A stretch of 63,873 nt of DNA, the filler included, from Intoshia linei (lineage: Eukaryota > Animalia > Orthonectida): NCBI GenBank assembly GCA_001642005.1. It is 6 parts of 6 records of this genome, joined end to end, with 100 filler letters (N's around TTAATTAATTAA, not from the genome) between each part and the next. Parts side by side here need not be neighbours in the genome. Positions count along the whole stretch, not along the records: positions 17,916 to 41,165 come from LWCA01000566.1; positions 41,266 to 58,273 come from LWCA01000821.1; 4 more parts are not named here. One strand, written 5' to 3'. Shown piece after piece: positions 40,010 to 53,719 of the stretch (positions within the stretch are counted from its first letter, which is position 1; each line of letters starts with the position of its first letter). Below the pieces are notes generated by a model that was given only the letters and a program-made list of their open reading frames with translations, was not told the DNA's origin and made no database searches. Made by a program: the position numbers and the translations under genes.

Positions 40010-41165
40010 TTACTCAATGCAATTCTTAAGTCGGTTTATATATTTGTTTTTGAGATATAGTAAACTAGAAAATCCTTTTTCACACCAATATGTAGTGGAA
40101 AATGGAATAAGGACATTTAATGCCTTGGTAGATAGATTAGGATAAGTGGACAATTGTGAACTCCAAAATAATTGCAAACATTGGTCATCGAATTTCATTT
40201 TAATCAAAGAATTATTTCTTAAATCAATTAAATCTTCTATCAATGTATCATCTGTCAAATGATTTAATTTAATTAAAAATGGAATGCGTATTTAAAAATC
40301 GCAAGTTTTTAAATTTCCTCTAGGAAAATAGTTTTCAAATGAAATAGATAATGAGCTTAAGTGTGTTAAGATTGCTAATTTCACGTTTTTATTGAAAGGT
40401 TTCGATTCTTTCATCTAAGCTAGGAAACCTAGATACGTTTTTATGTTTAATATTTTCTTCCCACAATGATATTTTATACTTAAATGCATTTAGCTTTTCA
40501 TACACCAATTTACGTTCATATTTTTGCCTTGAAGAAAAATATTTACATCGTTCAATTTGCAAAAAATATCAGTTAAATATGCTAAAAATTGTTCAAATTC
40601 CAATGAATCTGGAAAAATTATATTAATAGTTTGTTCTTTTATAAATTCTTTAATTTCTATTCGTAGCTCAAATACACGCTTCAAAACATTTCCACGTGAC
40701 AACCATCTTATTTCCGTATGGTATAACAATATACGATGTACACATCCTAATGATTCACAAAACAATTTAAAAAGTCGGTGATTTAGAGCACGCCTCTAAT
40801 TTTGTTTATCAGCTTAACGCAAGTCATTAACACCGATTTCAGGTAATTTGGTAATGTTTTAACCGCTAATGCATGCCAATGAAGCATACAATGCGTAATT
40901 ATAACATTTGGTATTTTCTTTTTGATCAGAGCTGCAAAATTGGATTTATTGACTAACATGGCAGGTGCACCATCTGTACAAACAGAACATATACAACAAA
41001 TATCCAAATCATGATCAATAAAGAACTGGCATAACAAATTGAATATGTCTTGTGCTTTAGAAGTTGTATTTAATGTTTTACATTAATAAAAACTACTCTG
41101 TGATATTGCCATCTTCAATAAATCTAACAAGAGCAATTAATTGACAGCAATTGGCAACATCTGTA
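40010..41165 (-). mobile_element. Degraded hAT (Buster/ZBED5-type) transposase
   Basis: CSVCTDGAPAM, THCMLHWHALAVK, LLYHTEIRWLSRGNVLKRVFELR, LIPFSTTYWCEKGFS split by frameshifts and stops; runs into the gap. Confidence 0.92.
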
Positions 41166-42726
41166 NNNNNNNNNNNNNNNNNNNNNNNNNNNNNNNNNNN
41201 NNNNNNNNNTTAATTAATTAANNNNNNNNNNNNNNNNNNNNNNNNNNNNNNNNNNNNNNNNNNNNATAAAGGTCATTTTGTTAATAAGAATGAATTTAGA
41301 TTAGAAAAAAATTTTGGGGATCGATTCAATACTAAAATTTTGTTGGGGTCGATTGACTAAAAGTCGTGACGCCCCCTGTACTACAATGAACATTAATAAT
41401 TTTTAACATCTCTAATCACACAATGAGATTTTAATCGTTTTTTTGATTCGGGGCCTATGAGAATATTAAAATTTAGATGTTTTAAATATTGTATTGATTT
41501 AATTTAAGGCCTACGAAAGGAAGGTTTGGCGTACGATTCAGTTGGTATTAACCATAAATACAAAAAAAAATTGTAAGGTCAGATAAAGTCAGTAATTTCA
41601 TTTTTAGGTCAGTTTTTTTGTTATTCTATAGGTCAATAAAAAATTGCCCTAGTCATCATAGATAAGTACTTTACGAGACTATTCAATGAATAGTATTCAT
41701 TTTTAGAAATTTTTACACTGATTTTATTAAAAAAATTAATTTATTTTAGTCTGTATGTAGCGAGCAAGATGATTTTTAAAAATATGCAATCTAAGCAATA
41801 TTTTAGACCCTTATTATATTCTAATTAACAAATTAATTAAATAGCACATAATAGCTATTTACATGTCTAGTGGATAATTTTCAATTTACAATACGAGTTT
41901 GGCAGAATGCTTGAACTTGAAGAGTGAATGCATTATACGTGTTAATGTCTTGTAAGGGTTAAAGTAATATAAATGTGTATTAGGGTGAGCCAAAATCAAG
42001 TAAATAATAGAAATTGAGAAAGTAATTTTGAGTATCTTAGAAAAATCGTGTAAAACTTACTTTTACAAACTAGCGTATATAAATATTAATTCTGTGGTGT
42101 TGGTTGAGTTTCCCCATTATTGACCACCAAATTTTGAAATTGTTCAAAAATTATTTTTGAAGTGAGTCGTTAAAATATGAATCTAACTTTTGTAAAATTT
42201 TAAAGATTTAGGGACGGAGAAAGGATTTAATTGGGAAAGACTACATTCAAATTCAGATGAAATTGAGATTGAAGGACTAATATTCGATTAGATTATATTG
42301 AATGACAATTAAATGAATATTTAATTCAATATTTAATTCATTCTAATGAATAAGTGTTCAGTTTGATATTATCAAATCTATCGCTACTTCTTAAATACCA
42401 TACATTGTGATCAATAAAATTATTTATGTACTATATATTTATTTTACAAAATATTTATATTAACTTTCAATAGTGTGATCAAAATGGATATAAAGACTGA
42501 TATGTATAAACTAGTCACCATCAGAAGCTAAAAAATATATTTTATTTATACAACTAGCTTGACTGTTATGTACTTCGTACAAACAGCATCTAAGCTCTGC
42601 TAAGGGCGAACATTTTTATTCTACCAGAAAAATAAATTTAATAAGATAATTTAAACTAAAAATGCTACTATTCACTATTATAAATCATTTAAAAAAGTGG
42701 TTTCCAATCTTAAAATTCTCAATATA

Positions 42727-43408
42727 TCCTTACTTATATAATATGTTTTGCAATATTTGTTTGTGCGTGTTACCGTTTATTTCAACTACCGGTCTTAGAA
42801 TTTTATAAAGTCCACATTTCAATTAAAATTTTTTCCAGGGTGTTAGCAAAACAAATTTCAACCTCCTAAACTCACATCTTACCGGTCAAAATCCCAATTG
42901 TCCTTTTTTTGAAAATCAAACGAGTTGGTGAATTTGAAAAAATATATAATCTGATACGGGTTTTAAAATCATAAATTTAAATTTAAAAAAAATATACCTT
43001 CAGGGTCAAAACCACAAATGACCCTTTTTATTTAATGAAAACAGCTCTAGAATTTTAAAAAAATTTACAGGTGGTACAGGTGTAACCTGTTAACACACAC
43101 AAAAAATTTCAATCTGAATAAGTGACACCATCATGGTCAAAAAAGCATTTTAGTATTCATACATTTTTTTCCGAAATATTTTATTGAAACAAAAAATGTG
43201 GAACAATTAACGATCCGAAAATTAAAAAAAAGATTCTGATAGAGCTTATTCCAGTTGACATAATCTCAAAATTTGAACCCATGAAATATACGCATTCCCG
43301 GTGAAAAATAATTTAATATATTATCAACCAATATTTTTCAAATATTTCTAAACAGAGGCTAGGCAGAGCTAGGTGCTGTTTGTACGTGGTATATAACAGT
43401 CAACCTAG
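42727..43408 (+). mobile_element. Complete short non-autonomous Helitron (682 bp)
   Basis: A^TCCTTACTTATATAAT 5' end, 3' hairpin and CTAG^T: inserted between A and T with no TSD, the canonical Helitron signature. Flanked by further 3' ends at 42554 (minus) and about 43544 (plus). Confidence 0.85.
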
Positions 43409-44743
43409 TATGATTTATAATAGTGAATAGTAGCAATTTTAAGATAAATTTTCTTATTGAATTTATTTTTTTATTTGAATTAAAATGTCCACCCTCGGCA
43501 GAGCTAGGATGCTCTTTGTATGAAGTACATAACAGTCAAGCTCGTAATTTATAATAAGATGGTTAAAATAAATAATCAAAATTTAAAAAAATCACATTCA
43601 GCTGCCGACGCACCATTTGGGAAGCACTGCGTTTACTGTATTTGCATTTTTGGTTTCGAAAAATTAAAAATTTTGGGTACTTAATTTAATTTGTATTTTA
43701 ATTTGTCATAATTTTTAAAAATAAAAATTTTGTCTGACATCGACTGTGCTAGCTAATATTTATACAAAGTACATAACAAACAAGTTCGTATTTTATTAAT
43801 CAATTCTGTGTTCATACAAAATTAAATTTATTATGTTTATTCTAAAGTTTAGCATAGTTTAGTATAAACATAAACCAGGGGTGGCCAACATTTTACATAT
43901 CATGGCCACCTTTTTATCATGCGATTTCAGATGCGGAAAAAATTTTATTAACCGAAATTCCATTTTAATGGAAAAAGTTATATGTTAACTGAATTTATTT
44001 TTTTGAATTAGTATGAACCAAAAATTCCGTTAATAAAAATATTATCTCTAAAGCTCTATAATCTATTTTTAATGACTATCATCAATATAAACTAATTTTT
44101 CATTTCATTTTTTTACTAATTAGATGTCAATTTATTACGTTTCTATCAAATTATCATTATTAACGTTATTTTATTTCTGTAAATATTTTACAGTTAACTA
44201 TAAAATTTTTCATGTAACCAAAAAAACTGCTGTAGACTCTTTGAGAATGTTTGGTGTATATTACGTAGTCATTATAATTCAAAAACTCATAAAAACAAGA
44301 AATAGGACCATTTAATGGTTTTTATTTAAAAATATTAAACTTTGTTAATAAGTGTGTTACTATCGGGAGAATTCCATATCAATGGAATTAAAATTGGGAA
44401 ATGCCGTTAATAAGGACTTACAGTCTAAGTTCTAGAATGTACTAAAAAATATATTTTTTAAAGTTTTCATTTTATGAATGTGATTTATTGCTAGAATTAG
44501 TCAATTTTGATGGCTATCACTTACAAAAATATATCAGCATTCAAGTATGTTAAAAAAATTCAAGTATGGGTCGCCAAATTACAACATTAAATATGGTCAT
44601 TGGAATGAATGGTTTTGTTGAATATTGAGTCAATTTGTATTTACTGTGCAATATTATATGCGTCGTATACATAGTAAATGTACATGTACACAATGTGAGT
44701 AAATGTTAGTTTTTCGCATTAAATTTATAATACATTTTTATAC

Positions 44744-45457
44744 ATGAAATTTTTAATTTCCACTTTAATCTGTTGTATTGTGTTTTACGGCAGCTGTGCC
44801 ATAACAATAAATGATTCAACCCAGTATTTAATCTCATCAATACTCTCCTATTCATCAATATTAAAACTTTGGTTATATGATCAGTGTATTAATTTTTTGA
44901 TGAAAATTGCAAATGAAATTGATTGGAAACGATTAATTAATGAAATAATTGGAGAATTGAGTTATAAAGAATTATATAAATTGATTACTCCACAGATAAA
45001 GGACCATGTATTCAAATTATTGAATCACTCATATACTGTTGGCTATAGAAAAGTATTGAAAAAAATTGATACATCAAATTTGGACATTTCAATACTAACA
45101 AATAAAGTGTCGTCAAATGTAAAAGCTGATATAATGTTGATTGTAAATGATATCATTCAAAAATCAAAATTGCATGAAGAAAGTCATCATATTATAATCG
45201 ATAAAAAAAAACTCGCGCTCAGTTTATGGAGAAGGTTGGGTGATAAGGAAAAATGGAAATTGATGGATATGACTTCTCATATTGCTGCAAAAAAAACTGG
45301 TATTCCGAAACAAATTTTGACAGCTGGATCTTCTTATGTTATGGAAGTTGAAAAAATCCATAGTGGTAAACCTAACAAAGTTGCTGAAGGAATTGGTAAA
45401 ATTCTATTAAAGGTTAATCCTATTGGTGCTATAGTCAATTTATTCCACCCTTTTTAA
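44744..45457 (+). CDS. Uncharacterised secreted protein, single exon, 237 aa
   Basis: Clean ATG-to-TAA ORF in very AT-rich DNA; signal peptide MKFLISTLICCIVFYGSCA; no family recognised. Confidence 0.75.
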   Translation: MKFLISTLICCIVFYGSCAITINDSTQYLISSILSYSSILKLWLYDQCINFLMKIANEIDWKRLINEIIGELSYKELYKLITPQIKDHVFKLLNHSYTVGYRKVLKKIDTSNLDISILTNKVSSNVKADIMLIVNDIIQKSKLHEESHHIIIDKKKLALSLWRRLGDKEKWKLMDMTSHIAAKKTGIPKQILTAGSSYVMEVEKIHSGKPNKVAEGIGKILLKVNPIGAIVNLFHPF

Positions 45458-45749
45458 ATTGTTAGTTTATTGAATGTATTTTTTAAATACATTTTTTTAT
45501 TGTCAGCTTATATTTTGAAACTATTTTAAAAAATAGTATTTTCATTTTATATTTTACACATTATGTATTTGGTATTGGAAATTTTTTTAAACTTTTTTGC
45601 TTTAATTACAGTTTTTTTTAGTTTTCAATTCAGTTTTGTTTTTTTTGTTTTAATTTTGTACTAATTTTGTTTGTTTTATTTTATTCGATTTCGTTTTTAA
45701 GTATGTATAATGTAGACCTGTTGTTTTCCACCTTTTTGTGTTGTTGTTA

Positions 45750-46196
45750 ATGTCGTATAGAATATGTAAAACTGTTAAATGTAAACATTTTATGGATAAG
45801 TCGTAGAATCTGTAAAACTTTCATTTATATTTTGGTTTAATTTTGGGATTTAGAAATTTTTTTTGAACCAAACTTTAAGGGCGTTTCTTAGAATTTTTTT
45901 TTAAACCAAACTTTTAAGGGGGGATTTTAGGAAATTTTTTTGAACCTAAATTTAAAGAGGGGTTTTTAATATTTTTTTTTAACAAAACTTTTAAGGGGGG
46001 TTTTTAGGTAATTTTGTAAGAAACGCCCTTAAAATTTGGTTTACAAAAATTTCTAAAAAAACCCCTACTTAAAGTTGATTTAAAAAAAATTTCTAAAACC
46101 CAAAATTAAACCAAAATATAAATGAAAGTTTTACAGATTCTACGACTTATCTATAGAATGTTTACATTTAACAGTTTTACACATTCTATACGACAT
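45750..46196. repeat. Foldback/MITE-like long inverted repeat with internal tandem units
   Basis: More than 110 bp of near-perfect inverted arms (ATGTCGTATAGAAT.. / ..ATTCTATACGACAT) around about 33-bp AAACCAAACTTTTAAGGGG units; a half copy lies at about 56675-57040. Confidence 0.85.
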
Positions 46197-46430
46197 ATAT
46201 ACTTAAAATGAGCGTAGGATATCGTGTAACATCGTTATTTTCACTATTATACATATAAGTAAATACTAAAATGTACATTGTACGTTTAAAATTTGCTACG
46301 ACGCTACGCGCTAAAAATATGATATAATTTAAGAATGTTTTTTTGGTGATTGTAGTGAATATTTAATTAATTGGGGTTATATAAAATTTATAATAGATGT
46401 CTGTAATACTAAAAAAGTAAAATTGCGTAG

Positions 46431-49400
46431 CTAAATTAATGATATTAAAACCAAAGCAATCAATGTTGACTGAAAACCTTTGGTATATATAAATATATTT
46501 ACCGATTGTATTCCTATCGACATGTAAGGTTCTAAATTAGAGTTACAAAAATAATGATAAATATGTTTACTTGGTGAAAGACATTTAGATATTTTATGAG
46601 TTTTCCATTTACTTCCATGACAAGTATAGTTAATTTCCTTATTTTCGAAAATACATGAATATAACAATAATCCAGATTGTATCCTTGAATCATCTTGTCT
46701 TGAAAAGAATATACTTGGCTTTTTAATGTGTTGGCATATAAATGCTACATACAATTATTATAATATTCAAAATATATACGTATCATTAAATTCAGCGGTA
46801 TGGCGTGTAATCAGAGCTGAACCCACCAAGTTTGAAACCACCCCAAAATGAAAAATATGTCCCTAAAAATCGAGGTTGCGCAGTGTCATATACACCCAGC
46901 CACATTTTGAAGAATTTTGACTGAAAATTTTAAATTTAGCACACAAAATATTATAATTTTTGATATTCAAAATGTCATTTTTTTAATACTCAATTTGGTA
47001 AAATGATGGCCCCATTTTACAAACATTTCGTTGAGGCACCGAAGAAAGATTTCTGGTACGGTAGGTTTGGTTCTGTGCAGAGCCGTTGAGAGCCAGAATT
47101 AGGTCCGGGCCAGATGAAAATTGTAGATCCATTACAAAAATTTTTAAAAAAATAAGACCACTATACATTGCTTAATCGATCGTTCATTATCTACAAATTA
47201 AAAATAACCGTTAGAGATCGCATTGGTTGTCGAAATTGTGGTATACTGAAGAAATTTACCAACATTACCTAATAATAAATAAAAATGTAGGGCATCATAA
47301 TTGTTGGATCGTGCCATATGACTACTATCTTCTCCACGGCTCTGGTTTTGTGTGTAATGATAAAAATGATTAATTTAAAATAAAATCTAGATTCTAACAC
47401 GATTTTAAAGTGAAATTATATTATTAAAATAAATGCATGTCAAATTTATAAAATTAATTAATTAAAATTTTTTGTTTTAATATAATACAGTATTCTCTCC
47501 ACAATTCGCCAATTCTCTAATTCGACCTTAATTTAAAATATAAACTTAAAGTTTTAAAACTATTTTTCAAAATAAGTTAAGTTATTTTGTATTTCATTTT
47601 AATTTGTATTACAATGTACACTTTAATGCAATTTAATTTTTAATTTAAAGGTTTTATCGGCTGTTTCTATATTTTTAAATTTTCCATCTCGTCAACTTTT
47701 TCTAAATCCTAAGAATGGCGAGTTATAGAGATAATACTGTACTTTCAAAAAATTAAAAATAAAAAAATTAATATTAAAGTGCCTTTTTCATTCGCGAAGG
47801 CGTCACTTTATCATATTGAAAATTTTTGTGTGTGTTCACTGGATATAACTATCAGCTGTAATTTTTTAAAAATTCTAGGACTATTTCATTTTTTAATAAA
47901 AGGTAGTATGTGGTTTTGGTCGTGAAAATTCCATTTTTTGGGGTTGCCATTTATTATAATGCTTGATTTAAAAAAACTATCCTAGAATTTGTTTATTAAA
48001 ATTTTAGGACATGTTTCATTTTTAAAAAAGGGTAAGTTGTGATTGTGACCGGGAAGGTGTGCGTTTATAAAGCTAAAATTACGAAAATGTTAATGATTTT
48101 AAAACGCGTCCCAGAACGTAAGTTTTATTAAATTTGTGGGCTAATTTCTTTTAAACAAAAGGGAAAATTAAGTTTTTTACCATTAAGGACTGAAATTCTG
48201 AAACTAATAAATAGATAAAAACACGTCTTGGGAAAAACTGTATTAGAAATTGGGTTTTTTTAAATTATACGACTGTCAATTTGTTTAAATAAACGGTAAC
48301 ACACAGACATTCAATTTTATATTTTTATATTTAAGTAAAAAATAATAAAATGGAATAATGCTATTTCAATACATAACTTAAGTCAATTTTTTAAATTTAA
48401 AGGCACAAAGTACGGCACTTTACTTCAACTATATTTTATAATTACGTTTTTCAGGACATTTTTTTGATAAATCATTATAAGATGCCCATACGCCATATTT
48501 TGTACAATACAACTTCTTCCATTTTTTCTGTTTATCATCACCATATTTACATCTATAACTTGATTTCTTAGAGTCAAATTCTACGAGAATATCTTCGGAA
48601 TTATTCACTGGAAACTTAAAATTATTTCGACAAGATTTTACTAAAAATAAAAATGATTAAAAAAGGTAGATCCTGGCATAAGTATAGAAACATTTGATGC
48701 CTATATCCACATATAACAGTGATTCATGGTTGGGGTCCAAAACTATATTCCTGGGTGTCCGTGAGATTCAAATAACATATAGAAAAAATTTAATCAACTT
48801 TTGTTTATTAGAGTCGCCAAACGTTGGGAATTTATCCAAAAGCCTAGACGACCGATATATTAGTATTTTAAAAGTCCGACTTTATTTCCATTATTAATAA
48901 AATTTAATAAAAAATACCCTTTCAAACCTCAGGAAAAAATCGCTTTTACCGATATTTTTTTGAAAAACCCAATTTTACCAAACCTTATAATAAATTCCAA
49001 ATAATCAAACCCTAAAATAAAAATCTAATTTACTAAACCTTTGAAATCGAAAAATCACCTATTTCCAAAAAAAATAAAATTTTGAAATGTGGGTCCGTAC
49101 ACTATTTGAATCGGAAACAACTGACATACATTTGAGTTAAATTTTAACTAGCCATGCGTCTCAAAAAAGTACCGATAAAAACGTTGCCGTTATATTAGTT
49201 TATTGGACGCATAGTGTAGACCTGTACATATTTTAAATGTATTATTTTATCATCAGCAGACCTAGCTGACAGGAATTACTCCACAACATTCTGCAAATTA
49301 AATCTAAGAATGGTATCTTTGATAATTTTATCGAAATGCGATATTTAATATGAAATTTTACTTGTTTTGTAAATGTAGAATTTAAATTTTGCAATATAAT

Positions 49401-52400
49401 TGTTGATGACCAAAAAATTTCCACGTTGTTCAAATGATTCTTTAGTAATAAGAACATTGGAACTTTCCGTCATTGCATAACCAATGACGTATTTACCAGT
49501 TGAAATATAGAATGGTTTTAATTTGTTTTCAAGCTGCAAAGTAATGGGTATAATTTCTAAAATTCCAAATTTTCCATGTTCAACATTGACCCCGGCAAAC
49601 GGTGAATTTAATTTAATGGCCAACTCCTTCACTGATCCATCGGCTAAATAAATTGAATAAACTAATATTACACGAATTACAAGGTGCGCATGTATATTCT
49701 ATTGAAATTTTGGATTTAACAATAGAATCAAGTTCTCGGTTACATGCAGATAAATTATTGCATAAAAGTTCAGCCAAGGTAATGTGTTTATCTATAAGCT
49801 CTTCTCCGAAACAATTGTTGATTTTTGCCAAAATAATATTTGTATTATTGGGACATATAACTGAAGAAAATGAATAGGCAAGTAAATTTTCTAAATTGAA
49901 ATTTATTATTTTATTATAAAATAATAATTTTAAATAATTTTTTTAATTACGTTTTATATGTGTTTTTGGACAAAAACAGTTTTTATACCTATTGTCTATA
50001 AGAGTTTTTTCAGTTTCTCCGCTTATATTTTTGTAATATTTGTACAGTCTATTCTCAAAACACGTTAATGTTATAGGTAATTTTCCTTTATTGCAAGTAT
50101 AATGTACATCATAATTACTAAATGTAACGCCCTCATAATTTGATGGTTCAAAAAAGCATGGATTTGCTAAAAATTAAAGTTTTCAAAATTTTAAAATTAC
50201 TCAAAATGTTCATGAAATTTTTTCCTTTTAATGGTTTTAACCCTGCGTGAGACAAATATAATCCATCTGCATCATTTATTATTTTATATTCTTCTAACGG
50301 CAAATCGGTCTAATTCAAATTTAATTATAATGTAACTAGGTTGACTATTATGTATTTTTATTCACCAAAAAAATAAATTCACGTTGAAAATCTAACTTAA
50401 AAATCCTACTATTCACTATTAACAATCTTTTAAAATAGTGGTTCCCAAACTTGTTTCAGGTGGAACCATCATATTACATTAATTTTTGCTTTAAAGTGCA
50501 TTATTCCATCTTAATTTTTTTTTTAACATTTGCGTAAAGAATTTTAAAAACAATTGTCATACCATTTTTTTAATTTATTAGACAGAATGTGTGTATAATA
50601 TTAAAAATAAAGTAAAAACAGTCCAATCCTAAAAATTGTCATAAATAGCATAAATTCCAAAAAAATAAAATTAGGTCCAATCCTAAAAATTCTCATAAAT
50701 AGTGTTGTAACAGTTCCAACTGAACTAATAAACTTAGTGAGTACGTGTATTTTATCGATAAATCATAAGTCATATTCGGACATTAAATTTACAAGATTCC
50801 TTTAGATTTAATAACCTATCTTTCATTCATATCATTACAAATAGCATAAATTTCAGAAAAAATAAAATCATAAATAACTATTGTATCATTTTCAATGTTA
50901 TAATTAGTGCAAACTTTTTATAACCTATAAAATTAAAAAAATGTAACCTATAAAAAAAATTTTTAACTTTAACCTATAAAAAATTTATAAACTGTTTTCA
51001 GTAAAATTCATGCTTCATCGATCAACAAAAATGTCTATTACATGGAAAGTCATACAAATAAGACAGTATTATTTCATACTTTATTATGGTACAATATTAA
51101 ATATTTCTTTATATTGTCATGTGCAAAATTTTTTTGTTTAGTTAAGAGTTTATTCAACATACTAAAACTTCTCTATAACATCACTAGATGTTGATGATCC
51201 ATTTCTTAATTTACTGTACAGTGAAGGAGGCTTAGATTTATCCAAAGCCATCATTATATTTGTAATGTGATTGGTTCTCAACCTTTTTTCTATGTAATGA
51301 AGTATTTTGCATGGATTTGAAACAAAATTTAAATTTTGTAATGTTTTAAATGCTTTATTAATGTTAAATGAGTCTTTTGCCAATTTAATCACATCTATTA
51401 TAGATGTATAACAATTGAGTTGGATTAATTCATCATATAATCCAACTACAGATACTGCCTTCCTTGCTCGTTGTATGATCACACCATTTCCTGGTATACC
51501 ATTAATAATTATTTTAACTAATTCAAATGTATTTATATAATGGTATGTGTGCTGACAAAAAAGCTTCTAACACTTCCAATGCAAAATTACTCTTTCAACT
51601 TTTAAGTATTTTTGTATAGGAATAACAGTATTTAAAGATTTCTGTTTTGATGAACCCCTATGTACCTGTAAATAATGTAATTTATTAAACAAGACATTGC
51701 AATTGCATCTTAAACAAAATAAATTGTTGTCCATCATTTTAAATTTAGTTGAATAAAGTTTTAAAATATTGCTGACTTTTTCCTGTCTCGATTTTAAATT
51801 TTTTGGCATACTTATATATCAATAGTACAAAAAGTAACATAATATTACTTTTATAACAAATCGTAATCAGTAAAATTCAAAATAAAATGCACGTGTAACA
51901 ATTAAATATTTCAAAATGTAACTTATGAGGAAAAATTGTAACTTTATTAACCTAAAAATTTTTTTATTAGTCAATTAATATGGATAATTGATAGAAAATA
52001 GTGGAAACTGGCCAATAACACGGTTTTGTATAAAAATGATGCGAAATAAAAAATTTAAAAAAAATTTTTTTTTTGAACCAAAAACGGAATCGACAAATAG
52101 TGCAAGTTACAGTATTTAGATAAAACGGTATTATTCTGAGCTTATAATATCTAAAAATGTATATTATCGTATACCATGATTCCACCATCATATTCTATCC
52201 ACTAAAATAATTAAATTCAATAAATTATTTTGATACCCATTGATTTTGCATTTCCTTCGGAATTTTCAAATTCACGGTAACCAGATTATACTTACCCGCC
52301 AAAATTATAAAGTTCATATATTCTCTTAATTCTATAGTCGTACCTTCTATTATAAATTATTTCTCAACGTGTACAATAAATACCTATAATATTTGGTTTT

Positions 52401-52835
52401 ATACATCTACTAGTTATCACGTCGCCTATTTTGGTAGCTATAAAATACCAAAACTGATCATAGTGCGACATGCAGAATGTAATTTTTGTGACATAATTTT
52501 TCTTTAATTGAAATTTGGATTTGTAACTAATGACCAAGCGTTTATATGCATTATTTGAACACCCCATATCAAGTGACCAATCTGCTGATATTATTAATCT
52601 TTCATAAAATTGAGGAATAATTTCTAAACAATATTAAAATTATTAATTTCAAATGAGAGTCGGAAAATAAGTTTCTTTAAATCATACCAATCAAGGCATT
52701 TCCTCCAATAAATTGTTTATAAAATTTTTCCTTTTTATATTTAACAGGATTAGTGTTTCGTGTATTTTCCGAATATACATTATATATTACTGCAAATATT
52801 ACAAAAATGCACACTGTATTTTTTGTAAATTTCAT
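46431..52835 (-). CDS. Uncharacterised cysteine-containing secreted or surface protein, multi-exon
   Basis: Signal peptide MKFTKNTVCIFVIFAVIYNVYS at 52835; successive GT-AG-bounded open exons near 52.7, 52.5, 50.3, 50.1, 49.8, 49.5, 48.5, 47.3 and 46.6 kb; hydrophobic C-terminus TLIALVLISLI. Linking all exons into one gene is inferred. Confidence 0.55.
47488..47739. mobile_element. Tc1/pogo-type MITE
   Basis: TA|CAGTATTCTCTCCACAATTCGCC ... GGCGAGTTATAGAGATAATACTG|TA. Confidence 0.8.
50336..50900 (-). mobile_element. Helitron family 3' portion
   Basis: CTAG terminus at 50336 and internal sequence colinear with 27600-28005. Confidence 0.7.
51162..51809 (-). mobile_element. Degraded transposase with CGGBP1-like zinc finger
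   Basis: MPK..NNLFCLRCNCNVLFNK..LQVH..S.K resembles the CGGBP1/hAT-related C2H2 finger; frameshifted; intronic. Confidence 0.55.
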
Positions 52836-53719
52836 GTTTAGTAGCCTTTATAAAACTGTAATGTTTTGCATTTTATGTCTAGTCCTAGATTTATTTACAT
52901 ATGCATTGTTGATCAAGTAAATATGTGTATAATTTAATTTTTTTATTTAAATTTTCTGCAAACTCGTCAACTTTGAGCACAAATGGAATATTCCAATAAT
53001 ATTTATAATTCGAAAACACTGCTGTTTCATTTAATGCCCTTGCTCGGTATTCAGGGCACCCTGCTACCAGATTATCCAGATATTATTTATTTAACGTATG
53101 TAAAAACGATCATTTTGAAATTTGTGTTTTCGAAGTGTAAACAGTGCAGTTGTTTTTTGCTGAAATTTTTAAATTTTAGTTAAATTTATGGATATTTCGT
53201 AAATTTTTGACAACTCTGCTTGCAACTGGTATACAGTTTTATCTCCAAACTAGCAAGTCCTCGTACTTTGAAAAATTTAGCATGAATTATGGGTCTGTGA
53301 TTTGGTAGCTTTTGAAATTAAATAAAAATTTTGATACATAAAAACGATTTTTGGTTGACGAAGTTTGTTGTAAACCTCCAATTCACTGTCTTGTATGTAT
53401 TTAAACATTTTACGTCAATCACATTAAACCTTAGAGCAGGGGTACACAACCTGCGGCCGTGAGAACGTTTATATACGATGTGAGCATGTGATCTTACATT
53501 GATCTTAATCCAATATATCAATTTACTTCAAATTGAAAATTTAAATTTTAAATCAGATTTTATTCAAGGGAAATTTAAAATATTTTAATCAGAAATTTTT
53601 GACGTTGCCCCATTTTCTCATATTGGATTAATCTTTCGAAATTTCCATCTCTTTTGGCCTATTCAAGCTTTTTATAAGATACACAATTCACATTATAATT
53701 TATGTGTGTAATTAAAGCA

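Noticed and set aside
39609-41962. piggyBac-like ends TTAA|CCCTT ... AAGGG|TTAA
   Set aside because: The two ends lie on opposite sides of an artificial spacer and match over only a few bases; they cannot be paired.
45225-45275. HMG-box-like LWRRLGDKEK motif in the 237-aa protein
   Set aside because: Too short, the rest of an HMG box is absent, and the protein has a signal peptide.
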